DNA from: Planktothricoides raciborskii GIHE-MW2
GTDB taxonomy: Bacteria > Cyanobacteriota > Cyanobacteriia > Cyanobacteriales > Laspinemataceae
Direction of reading: 5' to 3'
Length of the DNA stretch: 64,000 nucleotides
Assembly (NCBI RefSeq): GCF_040564635.1
Contig: NZ_CP159837.1
Coordinates: 291,801-355,800, forward strand
Positions within the stretch are counted from its first letter, which is position 1, and every line of letters starts with the position of its first letter. Below are positions 1 to 9,527 of this stretch, piece after piece. Position numbers and translations under genes: made by a program. The notes beneath the pieces were generated by a model that saw nothing but the letters and a program-made list of their open reading frames with translations, was not told the origin of the DNA and did no database searches.

Positions 1-280
1 TTTAGTGGGAGCCAATCTTCGTCTGGCATCTCAGTCAATCTTCAGCTTGAGGGAAGTCAGCCTCAGAGAGGGTACTCCGTTTGGTATGGAAATGGCTGGA
101 GTTAACCTACGGGATGCGGATTTAACCAATGCCAACCTCATGGGAGCCAACTTGAATTGGTCTGATTTGACCAATGCCAAGTTAGAGAATGCGGATATGC
201 GGTATGTGCAACTTCAAGGAGCGCAAATTTCGCCCCAAAGTGCCTATTCGATCCCTTCAGTGGTTCAAGCGGAACCGTAA
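1..280 (+). CDS. pentapeptide repeat protein, C-terminal part (gene begins upstream of window)
   Basis: Translation is a run of A(N/D)LxG pentapeptide repeats (ANLMGANLNWSDLTNAKLENADMRY). The frame is open to the window edge. Confidence 0.7.
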   Translation, partial: LVGANLRLASQSIFSLREVSLREGTPFGMEMAGVNLRDADLTNANLMGANLNWSDLTNAKLENADMRYVQLQGAQISPQSAYSIPSVVQAEP

Positions 281-430
281 GAAAAAAAAGATTGTTAGTA
301 ATTGATTTTTTTGTGGGATGACCACCAGGAAATCGAGCCGGATCTCAGACGACTATCTCCCTAAAGACTAGACCTAGATTCGACTCCCGTGGCGGCAAAA
401 TCTCTCAAGTAAAACATGAAAACATCAGTA

Positions 431-509
431 ATCATCAGGAATAATTTATAGGCGATCCCTTCTGGAAGGTTATCAAGAGGGGATCGCCTATAAATTATTC
501 CTGATGAAT
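431..509. terminator. long inverted repeat (about 27-bp arms) between convergent pentapeptide-repeat genes; likely bidirectional terminator
   Basis: atcatcaggaataatttataggcgatccc ... gggatcgcctataaattattcctgatgaat pair as a near-perfect hairpin lying between the stop codons at 280 (+) and 613 (-). Confidence 0.5.
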
Positions 510-575
510 TGCTAATGATGAATTGCCAATGATGAATTGCTAATGATGAATTGCTAATGATGAATTGCTAATGAT
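502..575. repeat. 5 tandem copies of a 14-bp unit tgatgaattgc(t/c)aa
   Basis: Direct read of the sequence. The array abuts the right arm of the hairpin. Confidence 0.85.
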
Positions 576-612
576 ATGAAATCATGGGCGGGCGATCGCT
601 TATGGGTCTGGA

Positions 613-2274
613 TCAGCCATCAAACCAACTCGACCACTGTAATCGCAATTTGAGCAATTCTTGATTTGGTTTAAACTTTTCCATAGTCGTTAAACGTAGT
701 GGCTGTTGATGAAGCGATCCATAGATCGTATCTCGTAAATTTGGCGCCACCATAATCTGGAAAGTTTCTGGCTCAACTACAATCAAATGCAGATCAAATA
801 GAGTATGAACATCCGCCCGCAGCAGTAAACCATAAGAAGGATCGCTACTTTGGGTGGGTTGATTAGGTTGCAAAAACGCCACTTCTAAAATCGGTTCGAC
901 ATCGCAATCAGTCATCGAACAACGTCCCTGATAAGCTTCTAGCAATTGTTGTCGAAGTGTAGAAGGGCCTCTTCGCTTGGCGATCGCCAAACTCACAGAG
1001 GTAAAATACCCATTCTCACCCATTCGCTGTTTAATCAACTCCAAAAATTCTTCCGGTTCAGCATTCCCTCTCGTTCGATAATGATGACTCCGATTCAGAT
1101 CCTTTTGACTCAGATGCGCTTTACTCGGACTCCTACTGACAGACTTTAACGGTAGATCCAAAGATTTCGGCTCAGGACTTGGCACAGAAACCTCTGCAAC
1201 CGGGGCTTCCGATTTCCCGGACAACTCACTGACCGTCAAGGGAAAACCAGAATCCATCTTGCCATTGCTTTCTTCCCTCAAGGAAATCAAAGGCGGATCT
1301 AACAGCGGATCTAACATTTGTTCCGTCACCCCTGTCGATAGATCGGGGCTAATCGCTGCTTGACTATCTGGTAGTCTATCTGGCAGCAAAGACAATAAAA
1401 TTGGTGATTCAATCTCTGGAGCTTGTGGCAAACTTGGCAAACTTTTCACCCCCTTAACCGAATCCAACACAAAACCATCCTCAAGAATTGCGGGATCTAA
1501 TACTTTTCCTTTGGGCAATAGAGTCCCCAGCAATTGTGCTCCCTTGAGAGAAGCCCCTTGCATATTTTCCAGAGAAGGTAATCTGGTTTTTTGCAGATTT
1601 GCCCCTTGAAGATTTGCCGCAAACAGCTTGGCTTCCGTCAAATCCGCCTCTTCCAGATTCGCCTGTTGTAGGTTAGCATTTTGCAGATTCGCACCAAAAA
1701 GATTAGCCCCCCGCAGATTAGCCCCTTGAAGATTCACCCCTTCTAAATTGGCTCCAGTCAAGTTAGCTTTTGACAGGTTAGCTCCTTGTAGTTTTCCCTG
1801 TTTAAGGTCAGCATTGCGTAACTGTGCTTGAATCAAATTGGCAACCCGCAAGTCCACTCCGGACAATTCAGCCTTGTCCAAATCTGCCGCTTCTAAATTC
1901 GCCAAACGCAGACTAGCTCCCCGAAAGTTGGCACACATTAACCGACATTGAAACAAATTTGCCCCCTGAAGTTGTGCCTCTTGTAAATCAGCCCATTGCA
2001 AATTTGCTTTTCGCAGATTAGCTTCTTTCAGCGTTGCCCGTTGTAGGGTTGCATCAGACAAATTTGCTTTTTGCAAGTCTGCCCAAGGAAGATTCGCCAA
2101 TTTTAAGTTCGCACCTTGGAAATCTATCCAACGCATATAGGCACCCTGGAGGTCGATTTCTGGTAATTGTGCTCGTTTCAGTTCCAAGCCACTTAAATTG
2201 GCATTGCGAAAATTGCGCTGGCCGCTCGTATAAAATTTGATCAATTCACTGGCACTTTTACTTTCCTCGATCAT
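613..2274 (-). CDS. pentapeptide repeat protein with Pro/Ser-rich linker and C-terminal HNH-like nuclease domain
   Basis: About 250 aa of A(N/D)LxG repeats precede a low-complexity P/S/L linker. The C-terminus reads CSMTDCDVEPILEVAFLQP...YGLLLRADVHTLFDLHLI, which resembles an HNH_2-type motif (CxxC ... N-G-L-L-L ... H..FD). Confidence 0.75.
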   Translation of the reverse strand: MIEESKSASELIKFYTSGQRNFRNANLSGLELKRAQLPEIDLQGAYMRWIDFQGANLKLANLPWADLQKANLSDATLQRATLKEANLRKANLQWADLQEAQLQGANLFQCRLMCANFRGASLRLANLEAADLDKAELSGVDLRVANLIQAQLRNADLKQGKLQGANLSKANLTGANLEGVNLQGANLRGANLFGANLQNANLQQANLEEADLTEAKLFAANLQGANLQKTRLPSLENMQGASLKGAQLLGTLLPKGKVLDPAILEDGFVLDSVKGVKSLPSLPQAPEIESPILLSLLPDRLPDSQAAISPDLSTGVTEQMLDPLLDPPLISLREESNGKMDSGFPLTVSELSGKSEAPVAEVSVPSPEPKSLDLPLKSVSRSPSKAHLSQKDLNRSHHYRTRGNAEPEEFLELIKQRMGENGYFTSVSLAIAKRRGPSTLRQQLLEAYQGRCSMTDCDVEPILEVAFLQPNQPTQSSDPSYGLLLRADVHTLFDLHLIVVEPETFQIMVAPNLRDTIYGSLHQQPLRLTTMEKFKPNQELLKLRLQWSSWFDG

Positions 2275-2516
2275 GGTTTCTCTCCTAGTCCCAAATTGTT
2301 GGAGTTTGATAACTTAAGTTGCGATGCCCCTGATTTTTCTCTGGCAAAAGTTATACTTATTGCTTCTAAATTCAGTATATTTTAATCTGCGTGCGGATGC
2401 AATCCAATTTGATGGCGATCCATTGCCATGATTGGTACACCAATTTTAAAATAAATGAAAATTATATAAAAATCAGATTTCTTTTATAATTCACGAAACT
2501 GTTAATAGTTAAACTA

Positions 2517-2546
2517 TTGACAAAAAAATTTTTTTTGTATATATTA
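2517..2546 (+). promoter_or_regulatory. near-consensus sigma70-type promoter (TTGACA, 15-17-nt spacer, TATATA/TATATT) reading into the GC-rich structured region
   Basis: ttgaca at 2517-2522 and tatata at 2538-2543, within AT-rich DNA. Confidence 0.3.
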
Positions 2547-2599
2547 ATCGAGAAAATTAATCTTGTTATTCAAAAACTATTATTTATATTCCAATACCT

Positions 2600-3050
2600 T
2601 CGCCATTTTCATGTAGAGCCTGCCCCCGCGAATGTGGGGGTTGGGTTGAGCGAGGGGAAACCCAACGGAGGAAAGAGGTTCTTAGGAAAGAGGTTCTTAG
2701 GAAAAATTTCAGAGTGGAGATTTCAATTTTCACCCTTATACGAAAATCCTAAGAACCTTTATTTTATATTCTCTATCCTGCGTTGGGTAACAGCCAAAGA
2801 ACCAACCTACTTTTCAAGGCAATGCATGATTTTGGCGAAGGTATTGATATTTAAGATAGATATTTACAGCCCTTGGCGATGTAATAAGGTACATTAAGCC
2901 AGCCCCCGCGCGGGCGGGGGATCCCCCCTAGCCCCCCTGAAAAAGGGGGGGACAAAGAAAGCCGATGGCGGGATCCGAAAGCTACGAAAGCCCCCACCTC
3001 CCCTTCAAAGGCGACGGGGTGGTGGGGGGCTAAAACGTACCTCATAATAT
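2600..3050 (+). other. GC-rich hairpin-dense non-coding segment (possible leader or ncRNA, or decayed repeat element)
   Basis: Several G/C-run inverted repeats: gcccccgcgcgggcggggg, cccccctg-aaaaa-ggggggg, gcccccacctcccc...ggggtggtggggggc. There is a tandem gaaagaggttcttag x2 with its complement cctaagaacc downstream. Only short ORFs with unconvincing, G/C-run-derived translations on either strand. Confidence 0.3.
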
Positions 3051-3058
3051 CGAAAAGT

Positions 3059-3067
3059 GCTGTATAA
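3059..3067 (+). promoter_or_regulatory. extended -10 element (TGTATAAT) upstream of the P450 gene
   Basis: tgtataat matches TGnTATAAT and lies about 60 nt before the ATG at 3126. Confidence 0.3.
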
Positions 3068-3125
3068 TATAACTAATAGGTTGAAAATATGAATAATCAA
3101 AAAACCTTTATTTTGAGCAAGGACT

Positions 3126-4436
3126 ATGAGAAAAGATTTACCTTTACCTCCCGGCAGTTCCGGTTTGCCTTTGATTGGGGAAACCCTTTCCTTTGTGTTT
3201 GATAAAAATTTTGCCGATAAGCGGATAAAAAAATATGGCAATATTTTCCGCACCAATATTTTGGGGCAGCCTACGGTGGTGATGTCCGGGACAGACGCGA
3301 ATCAATTTATTCTTTCTAGCCATTTTGACTATTTTTCTTGGCGGGAAGGTTGGCCGCCCAATTTTGGCGAATTGTTAGGAGAATCTCTGTTTTTGCAGGA
3401 GGGAGAAGAACACCGCAGGAATCGCAAATTACTGATGCCCGCATTTCATGGGCCGGCATTACAAAATTATTTTCAGACAATGGTGGAGATTTGCGATCGC
3501 TCCCTGGAAAAATGGTCAGAATTAGGAGAATTCACCTGGTTTCCTTTAATGAAACAGATGACATTTGCGATCGCCAGTATATTATTACTCGGAAGTGAAC
3601 CCGGTCAGGAAACTGAACGCTTATCAAAGCTTTTTACCCAACTCACCCAGGGTTTATTTGCCTTTCCCATTCCTCTCCCTTGGGCAACCTATCCTAAAGC
3701 CCTGAAAGCCAGAGATCAACTTTTAGCTCATATTGAAACCGCCATCCAAGATCGTCTGGAAAATCCCCGGAATGATGCATTAGGATTATTATTACAAAGT
3801 CGAGATGAAGAGGGCAATGCGCTGTCAGAAGCGGAAATTAAAGTCCAAGCTTTGTTAATGTTATTTGCCGGTCACGAAACCACCACTTCTATGTTAATTT
3901 CTCTAGCCATGAGTCTGGCACAATATCCAGATGTTTGGCAAAAAGCGCGGGCAGAACAAGAGGCCATATCCTCGGAAACCCTAACATTTGAACATCTCAA
4001 ACAAATGCCCTATCTGGGTCAAATCCTCAAAGAAATTGAACGACTTTATCCCCCAGTGGGGGGAGGCTTTCGCGGGGTGGTGAAGCCTTTTAAATTTCAA
4101 GGCTATCATGTACCCGCAGGCTGGAAAGTTCTGTATCATATGAAAGGAGCACATCAAGATAGTAACATTTATTCTCATCCAGAGAAATTCGATCCCGATC
4201 GCTTTAGTCCAGAAAGGAACGAGAACAAAAAAGTTGAGTATAGTTTAGTCGGTTTTGGTGGTGGCCCAAGAATTTGTTTGGGCATGGCTTTTGCCCAGAT
4301 GGAAATGAAAATATTTGCCGCCCGTTTACTGCAAAATTATCATTGGGAATTGTTGCCAAACCAAGACTTAACAATGGATCCCATTCCGACCCTTCACCCG
4401 CGTTCTGGTCTGAAAGTGAAACTCTGGAAACGTTAA
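3126..4436 (+). CDS. cytochrome P450 (CYP120-like)
   Basis: Heme-thiolate loop FGGGPRICLGMAFA, I-helix AGHETTTS and the ExxR/PERF region are present. Length is 436 aa. Confidence 0.9.
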   Translation: MRKDLPLPPGSSGLPLIGETLSFVFDKNFADKRIKKYGNIFRTNILGQPTVVMSGTDANQFILSSHFDYFSWREGWPPNFGELLGESLFLQEGEEHRRNRKLLMPAFHGPALQNYFQTMVEICDRSLEKWSELGEFTWFPLMKQMTFAIASILLLGSEPGQETERLSKLFTQLTQGLFAFPIPLPWATYPKALKARDQLLAHIETAIQDRLENPRNDALGLLLQSRDEEGNALSEAEIKVQALLMLFAGHETTTSMLISLAMSLAQYPDVWQKARAEQEAISSETLTFEHLKQMPYLGQILKEIERLYPPVGGGFRGVVKPFKFQGYHVPAGWKVLYHMKGAHQDSNIYSHPEKFDPDRFSPERNENKKVEYSLVGFGGGPRICLGMAFAQMEMKIFAARLLQNYHWELLPNQDLTMDPIPTLHPRSGLKVKLWKR

Positions 4437-4481
4437 TTTTTTATAGCCGCCCATGCTATTTTGAACCGCTTTTATTGCGAT

Positions 4482-4745
4482 CTAAAACTGTAGGTTTTTT
4501 TTTGCATTAAAATAGTTCCTGTTCGCGAGGGGGAATTCATCCCGATAGGACTCGAAAGCGGGGAAATCAGAGACTCCTTGATAAGACAAAATCGTCTCTG
4601 ACCATTGGGAAACTGAAGTCGATGGCGGTTGCATTTGATGGCGTAAAACTTGCAGAATCAATGTTGGCAGGGGAATATTAGATTGTGTCGCTTGACGGAT
4701 GAGGTCTTGTTCGAGGTCTGGCGGTAGGTCGATTGTAATTTGCAT
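4482..4745 (-). CDS. small hypothetical protein with an N-terminal ribbon-helix-helix-like segment
   Basis: MQITIDLPPDLEQDLIRQATQSNIPLPTLILQVL resembles CopG/RHH antitoxin N-termini. No partner gene is nearby. Confidence 0.3.
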   Translation of the reverse strand: MQITIDLPPDLEQDLIRQATQSNIPLPTLILQVLRHQMQPPSTSVSQWSETILSYQGVSDFPAFESYRDEFPLANRNYFNAKKNLQF

Positions 4746-5039
4746 CGGTAATTTCCCTCAATTGATCCGGTTTAGATATTTTATCACACCCCCACATCCC
4801 CGTCGCCTCCCACCGACCAACCCAGAAACCACCCAGAAACAGAGTTTCTGCCGTGACCTTTGCATCCTCATCCAAATCTGGTAGAGAAACCCGGTTTCTT
4901 AGACCCTTCTCGTTCCCTAGAGACCGACCCAGTGCGATCGCGGCCTATCGTTATTTTTTGTAAATCCTAAGATTCAATCTTAAATGTCGGTATAGAATAG
5001 ATGATAAATTTCAACTAAAACCCAGGAAAAAACTTCATT

Positions 5040-5618
5040 ATGGCAGTTTCACTGAAAAAAGGACAACGAGTATCCCTGGACAAGGTAGCTCCAGGACTTT
5101 CCGAAGCATTTATTGGTCTTGGATGGGATGTTAAATCTACGGACACCGGCCATGATTTTGATCTGGATGCCTCTGTATTTCTACTAGGTGCTGATGAAAA
5201 ATTAATTTCCGACAACCACTTTATTTTTTACAATAACCTCACCAGTCCGGATCCGGATAAGTCAGTTCAAAATACAGGAGATAATCTGACTGGTGTAGGA
5301 GAAGGAGATGATGAAGTTATCAAAGTTAATCTGAAAAAAGTACCGGCAAATGTTCAAAAAATTATCGTTGCCGTAACCATCTACGAAGCCGAAGAACGAC
5401 GGCAAAACTTTGGTCAAGTTGAAAATGCTTTTGTGCGGATAGTCGATGCCCAAACCAAGCAAGAAGCCATCCGCTATGACTTGACGGAAGACTACTCTGT
5501 GGAAACAGCCTTAGTGATGGCAGAACTTTACCGTAAAGATGGGGAGTGGCGACTAAACGCCGTTGGTTCTGGCTATCAAGGCGGCTTAAAAGCTTTGCTC
5601 GATCGCTATAGCAATTAG
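5040..5618 (+). CDS. terD: TerD-family stress protein
   Basis: Motifs GQRVSLDK, GLGWD, DFDLDASVFLL, GDNLTGVGEGDDEVI, FGQVENAFVRIVD and a C-terminal GEW. Confidence 0.9.
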   Translation: MAVSLKKGQRVSLDKVAPGLSEAFIGLGWDVKSTDTGHDFDLDASVFLLGADEKLISDNHFIFYNNLTSPDPDKSVQNTGDNLTGVGEGDDEVIKVNLKKVPANVQKIIVAVTIYEAEERRQNFGQVENAFVRIVDAQTKQEAIRYDLTEDYSVETALVMAELYRKDGEWRLNAVGSGYQGGLKALLDRYSN

Positions 5619-5702
5619 CATCGCCCCTTACTTGACAAAACCCAGCGGTCTATATGGAGCGCTGCCAATAAATAGGACCCAATAAATAGGACATAGAATA
5701 AA

Positions 5703-6305
5703 ATGGGAATTAACCTGCAAAAAGGACAGCGGATTTCCCTTTCCAAAGAGTCACCCGGTTTGAAAAAAATCTTATGCGGACTTGGATGGGATGTAGCCAC
5801 AAGTTCTGGAGGAGGGGTTTTTGGGATGTTCGCTAATACTCAAAACTACGACCTGGATACCTCAGTGATCTGTTTGGATGCCAATGGCAAAATCAACGAT
5901 ATCGCCAATGTTATTTACTTTGGCAATTTATCTCATCGTTCCAAAGCAATTACCCATTTAGGGGATAATCTCACGGGTGAAGGAGATGGGGATGATGAGC
6001 AAATCATTGTTGATTTAACCCTGGTTCCTCCAAATATTTCCAAGTTGGTTTTCACGGTCAATATTTACGAATGTACGAAGCGTGAACAAGATTTTGGACA
6101 GGTGAAAAATGCTTTTGTGCGTTTAGTAAATGCTTCTAATAACCAGGAAATTGCGCGTTATAACTTATCTGGTTCTGAATACAAAGGCAGTACCGGCATG
6201 ATTATGGCTGAAATCTACCGACACGGTAATGAATGGAAAATGGCAGCAATTGGCACAGGGGTTAAAGCAAACGGCTTAGGCGATCTGATAAAAGCATACG
6301 CCTAA
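5703..6305 (+). CDS. terD: TerD-family stress protein (tandem paralog)
   Basis: Carries the same motif set as the upstream gene: GLGWD, DLDTSVICLD, GDNLTGEGDGDDEQI, FGQVKNAFVRLV. Confidence 0.9.
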   Translation: MGINLQKGQRISLSKESPGLKKILCGLGWDVATSSGGGVFGMFANTQNYDLDTSVICLDANGKINDIANVIYFGNLSHRSKAITHLGDNLTGEGDGDDEQIIVDLTLVPPNISKLVFTVNIYECTKREQDFGQVKNAFVRLVNASNNQEIARYNLSGSEYKGSTGMIMAEIYRHGNEWKMAAIGTGVKANGLGDLIKAYA

Positions 6306-6444
6306 TGCAACCTTGAATGCTAATATATTTTTAGGAATTTTTAGGAGTCGGTCAGAAAATCTCGATCGACTTTTATTTCGCCGGATTTTCTGAACGCTGC
6401 TTTATCTAAACATTTTCTAAACACTTATTGACAGTTACAAGCAA

Positions 6445-7158
6445 ATGTCTCTGTACGATCGCCTGAACTTCACCAGACCTACTCGCAAGCTTAAAGTCCC
6501 AATTTGGGAACGCATTGATTTGACTAGACCTCCCAAATCTCGTTGTCCCTACTGTCGATCGCTCATCCAGAAAGATTGGCAGTTTTGCGGTGACTGCGGA
6601 GTTTCTCTGCGGCAAAAAAATGACGATTTTCGCCATTGTATTTGGGCCGATTTATCAGGGATCAGTTTAGCATCAGAAAATTCAGAAAATAAAGAAGTAA
6701 TCACTAATATCATCATGGATGCTTTTTCCAAAGTTTTCGGTGCTTTTAGAAGTGTCCAAGTATTTTTAACCTCAGATCCACCGGATCCGAACAAGTGGGT
6801 AACGAATTTTACTCACGTTTATATATGTGTCGATCAGGAACCCGTTAATTATCTTGGCATAGCCAGTTTCAAGCTGGGAACGGTTACGAATGGGGCGATC
6901 GTTCGCCTGGATCAAATATTTAATGCTTCTTACAGAGCTAGTCTTGATGCTAATCGATTGTCTAATTTAATTGCGAATACAATTGCTCACGAAATCGGAC
7001 ATACTTTGGGATTAGATCACTCTGCTTTACAGACTGATGTAATGCACGATGGACTTGACTACACGATTCATAGCATGATGCCGCCATCATTCCACGCCGA
7101 GCAAATTAACTTGATGAATCATGCGATTCGTAAATATAAGTCTTTAAAAGGATTATAA
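6445..7158 (+). CDS. zinc metalloprotease (metzincin HExxHxxGxxH) with N-terminal zinc ribbon
   Basis: HEIGHTLGLDHS followed by a Met-turn (DVMHDG...SMM). The N-terminus has CPYCRS...CGDCG. Confidence 0.75.
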   Translation: MSLYDRLNFTRPTRKLKVPIWERIDLTRPPKSRCPYCRSLIQKDWQFCGDCGVSLRQKNDDFRHCIWADLSGISLASENSENKEVITNIIMDAFSKVFGAFRSVQVFLTSDPPDPNKWVTNFTHVYICVDQEPVNYLGIASFKLGTVTNGAIVRLDQIFNASYRASLDANRLSNLIANTIAHEIGHTLGLDHSALQTDVMHDGLDYTIHSMMPPSFHAEQINLMNHAIRKYKSLKGL

Positions 7159-7330
7159 GTGATATCGGGGTATTTTTTCACTATAAAAAAGCGAGCCAGG
7201 GTTAGCATTTTTTGTAGCAATAATTTTTTTTAAGGTTGCTATTAGCTGATGTGATTTATCTATAAATACGTGAAGGAATATATTCAGGATAGCCAAAAAG
7301 CCATGAATACCGTGAAGTAAGAAAAACGGA

Positions 7331-7361
7331 AAAACCCCGGTTTGAAGAAACCGGGGTTTTT
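7331..7361. terminator. rho-independent-like hairpin aaaaccccggtttgaagaaaccggggttttt serving convergent genes
   Basis: Perfect 10-bp GC stem flanked by A and T runs. It lies between the stops at 7158 (+) and 7390 (-). A 26-bp AT palindrome follows at 7369-7395. Confidence 0.6.
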
Positions 7362-7389
7362 CCCACCAATTAATTAATCGATTAATTAA

Positions 7390-8748
7390 TTAATCTTTAG
7401 AACCAGACTCACAAAGAGTTTTATCAGAAATGCTTTCAGTCGAATTTGATTCAGACATAATCGGGTCGCGAACCATCACCTCGACACGGCGAATCTGACG
7501 ATTTTGATAAGCAATGAAAGTAGCCAAAATATTGATCAGACCCATCAATATTAAGAAGAAAGCGCTACCCCGACCTGGGCCTGTACCGATCGCCCGGCCA
7601 ATAGTTCCGGCCAACAATCCATCACTTAACAGTAACGGTTCAAAGATATGATCTACAATCGGCCCGGTGAGGATATAAGCCAAAATCGAGGCAGATTTTT
7701 CCATCGCTTGTTGTAAGGCAAATACTCGTCCTTGTAAATCCGTGGGGACTTTTGTTTGCCAAATGGTTTGATTACAACTAATCACAATGGGATAGGCAAA
7801 GAGGAAACCAAATACGGCTAAACCAGCCAAAGTTACGGAACTGTTAAAGACACCAAGACATAATAAGAGTCCTTGGAATGGGACAAAGAAATAAATCCCG
7901 GAAATCTTCCGTCTTGGTCCACCCCAAGCACTCATAGTGATACTGCCCAGTAACCAGCCAAAACCGCCAATAGACAGAACCATTCCTAGTTCTTGACTAG
8001 AGGAGAAATTCAGCATTAAAGGCCAGAATAATACCTCTAAAATCCCCATTGTGAAGTAAACAACGGTGAAGAAAGTTAGCAAACCTCGCAAACCGGGACG
8101 GAAGGTAATGTAATTCCAACCAGAGACAATTTCTTGGGATAGATCGCGGGATAGGTCGCGCCATTGGGCTGATTTTTTATTGGTTTTTTCCGGTTGCGGA
8201 AAGCGAACCATCAGCATAATGGCTAAGGCAACCAAAAAAGTAGTAAAGTCAATGATGAGGATGCCTTCTAAGTGAATTACGGCAACGAGTACCCCAGCTA
8301 ATGCCGGAGACAAAATTTTCGCCGTAGCGCGGGATATCTGCACCGCACCATTAGCCCTAGGCAGGTGTTGTTTGGGCACCAGTAAGCTGATAGTGGCGGA
8401 GTAAGCAGGCCATTGAAAGGCGTTGAAGATGGAGTTAAAGCCCACCGCTACATAGATATGCCAGATTTCTAGGCGATCAAAAAATAGCAACATCCAGATC
8501 GCTAGGGTGCCAATTCCGGCTACGGAGTCACTGAGAATCATCGCCCAGCGACGATCCCAGCGATCGACGATCGCACCGACTACGGGTGAGATGATGATGT
8601 TTGGTAGATGAATGAACAAAGAAATCAAGGCAAACTGTGTAACCGATCCGGTGGTTTGATATACCCAAACCCCCAGGGCAAAGCTGGTTAGACCAGACCC
8701 CACTAGGGATATCAGTTGTCCAAAGCAAATAAAAAGAAAAGTCTGCAT
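7390..8748 (-). CDS. MFS transporter (about 12 TM segments)
   Basis: Polytopic hydrophobic profile with MFS-like motifs (GAIVDRWDRRW). Length 452 aa. Confidence 0.8.
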   Translation of the reverse strand: MQTFLFICFGQLISLVGSGLTSFALGVWVYQTTGSVTQFALISLFIHLPNIIISPVVGAIVDRWDRRWAMILSDSVAGIGTLAIWMLLFFDRLEIWHIYVAVGFNSIFNAFQWPAYSATISLLVPKQHLPRANGAVQISRATAKILSPALAGVLVAVIHLEGILIIDFTTFLVALAIMLMVRFPQPEKTNKKSAQWRDLSRDLSQEIVSGWNYITFRPGLRGLLTFFTVVYFTMGILEVLFWPLMLNFSSSQELGMVLSIGGFGWLLGSITMSAWGGPRRKISGIYFFVPFQGLLLCLGVFNSSVTLAGLAVFGFLFAYPIVISCNQTIWQTKVPTDLQGRVFALQQAMEKSASILAYILTGPIVDHIFEPLLLSDGLLAGTIGRAIGTGPGRGSAFFLILMGLINILATFIAYQNRQIRRVEVMVRDPIMSESNSTESISDKTLCESGSKD

Positions 8749-8968
8749 GATGAATGCGATTTTTTGTAATCTTTTGAGTGAGTGAAAGGAGGAACATCAA
8801 CCATCAGACCCAATAGCGGTTGAAGCCGATCGGGGAGTCGTGAAGGTGGGATTACAGCCAATTGATTAAAGCAGCAACCCTTGTGAGTTTATACTTATCT
8901 GAACATACCCTGTTTTTGAAGCTGTCGCTACATCAGGGGGGTAATGAGGATCGCCCCATGAGTCGATC

Positions 8969-9023
8969 GCCGAAATTTTGCCGAAATTTTGCCGAAATTT
9001 TGCCGAAATTTTGCCGAAATTTT
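8969..9023. repeat. 5 perfect tandem copies of an 11-bp unit gccgaaatttt
   Basis: Direct read. The array is about 220 bp upstream of the MFS start codon. Confidence 0.85.
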
Positions 9024-9527
9024 GCGGATGGCCATTTGTCAGGGAAATATTTACCGGCGGAGTTTTCGCCCATCGTAGGGGCGCGATCTTTCCGGCGGTT
9101 CACTTAATATTTCCATTAATAACCTATATGCCGGAAAGATCGCGCCCTAGGCTGAAAATTCATGCGATCGCGATGCAGTACCGTGGGGCGATCCCGAATC
9201 TTGATGGGAAATACAGTTGTGAGAGTGGTAAATCCGCAAAAATAAATCTTAAATTTTTCTGACACAAAAAAATCTGCATCCTTCACTGGGTTTTTGCAGT
9301 GGTAAGTCCGATTATGTCTTGATTTGGCGGAGCAGTCCCCGGGTAATCTCAGTGATACTGGCAATTTATCATAGACAAGAAGGTTTTCATACTGGCGTTG
9401 CTCCCCCGCGCCGCCCTTACAAATACGAGATAATCCCTGATTTTTTTCTCTATGTTTGAGATTCTAAACTGTTAAAAGTTTATCCTGTTTATCGTGAAAA
9501 AAAATTATAAATGCAAGTTAGAATAGG

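Noticed and set aside
300-420. tRNA-like T-arm motif (ttcgactcc) in the spacer after the first pentapeptide gene
   Set aside because: I could not assemble acceptor, D and anticodon stems on either strand, so it is probably a chance match.
502-575. Possible CRISPR array (also considered for 8969-9023 and 61301-61422)
   Set aside because: All are pure tandem repeats with no unique spacers between units, and no cas genes lie nearby.
2517-2897. 126-aa + strand ORF in the six-frame track
   Set aside because: It starts inside an AT-rich promoter-like stretch and runs through tandem repeats and GC hairpins. The translation is low-complexity with no recognisable domain.
2851-3256. Minus-strand ORFs of 64 and 83 aa in the GC-rich segment
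   Set aside because: Their Gly/Pro/Arg-rich translations come from G/C runs, and they overlap the P450 start region.
8862-9364. Overlapping ORFs of 81-94 aa covering the 11-bp tandem array
   Set aside because: Repeat-derived reading frames (PKFCRNFAEILPKFC repeated). They lie in the upstream region of the MFS gene.
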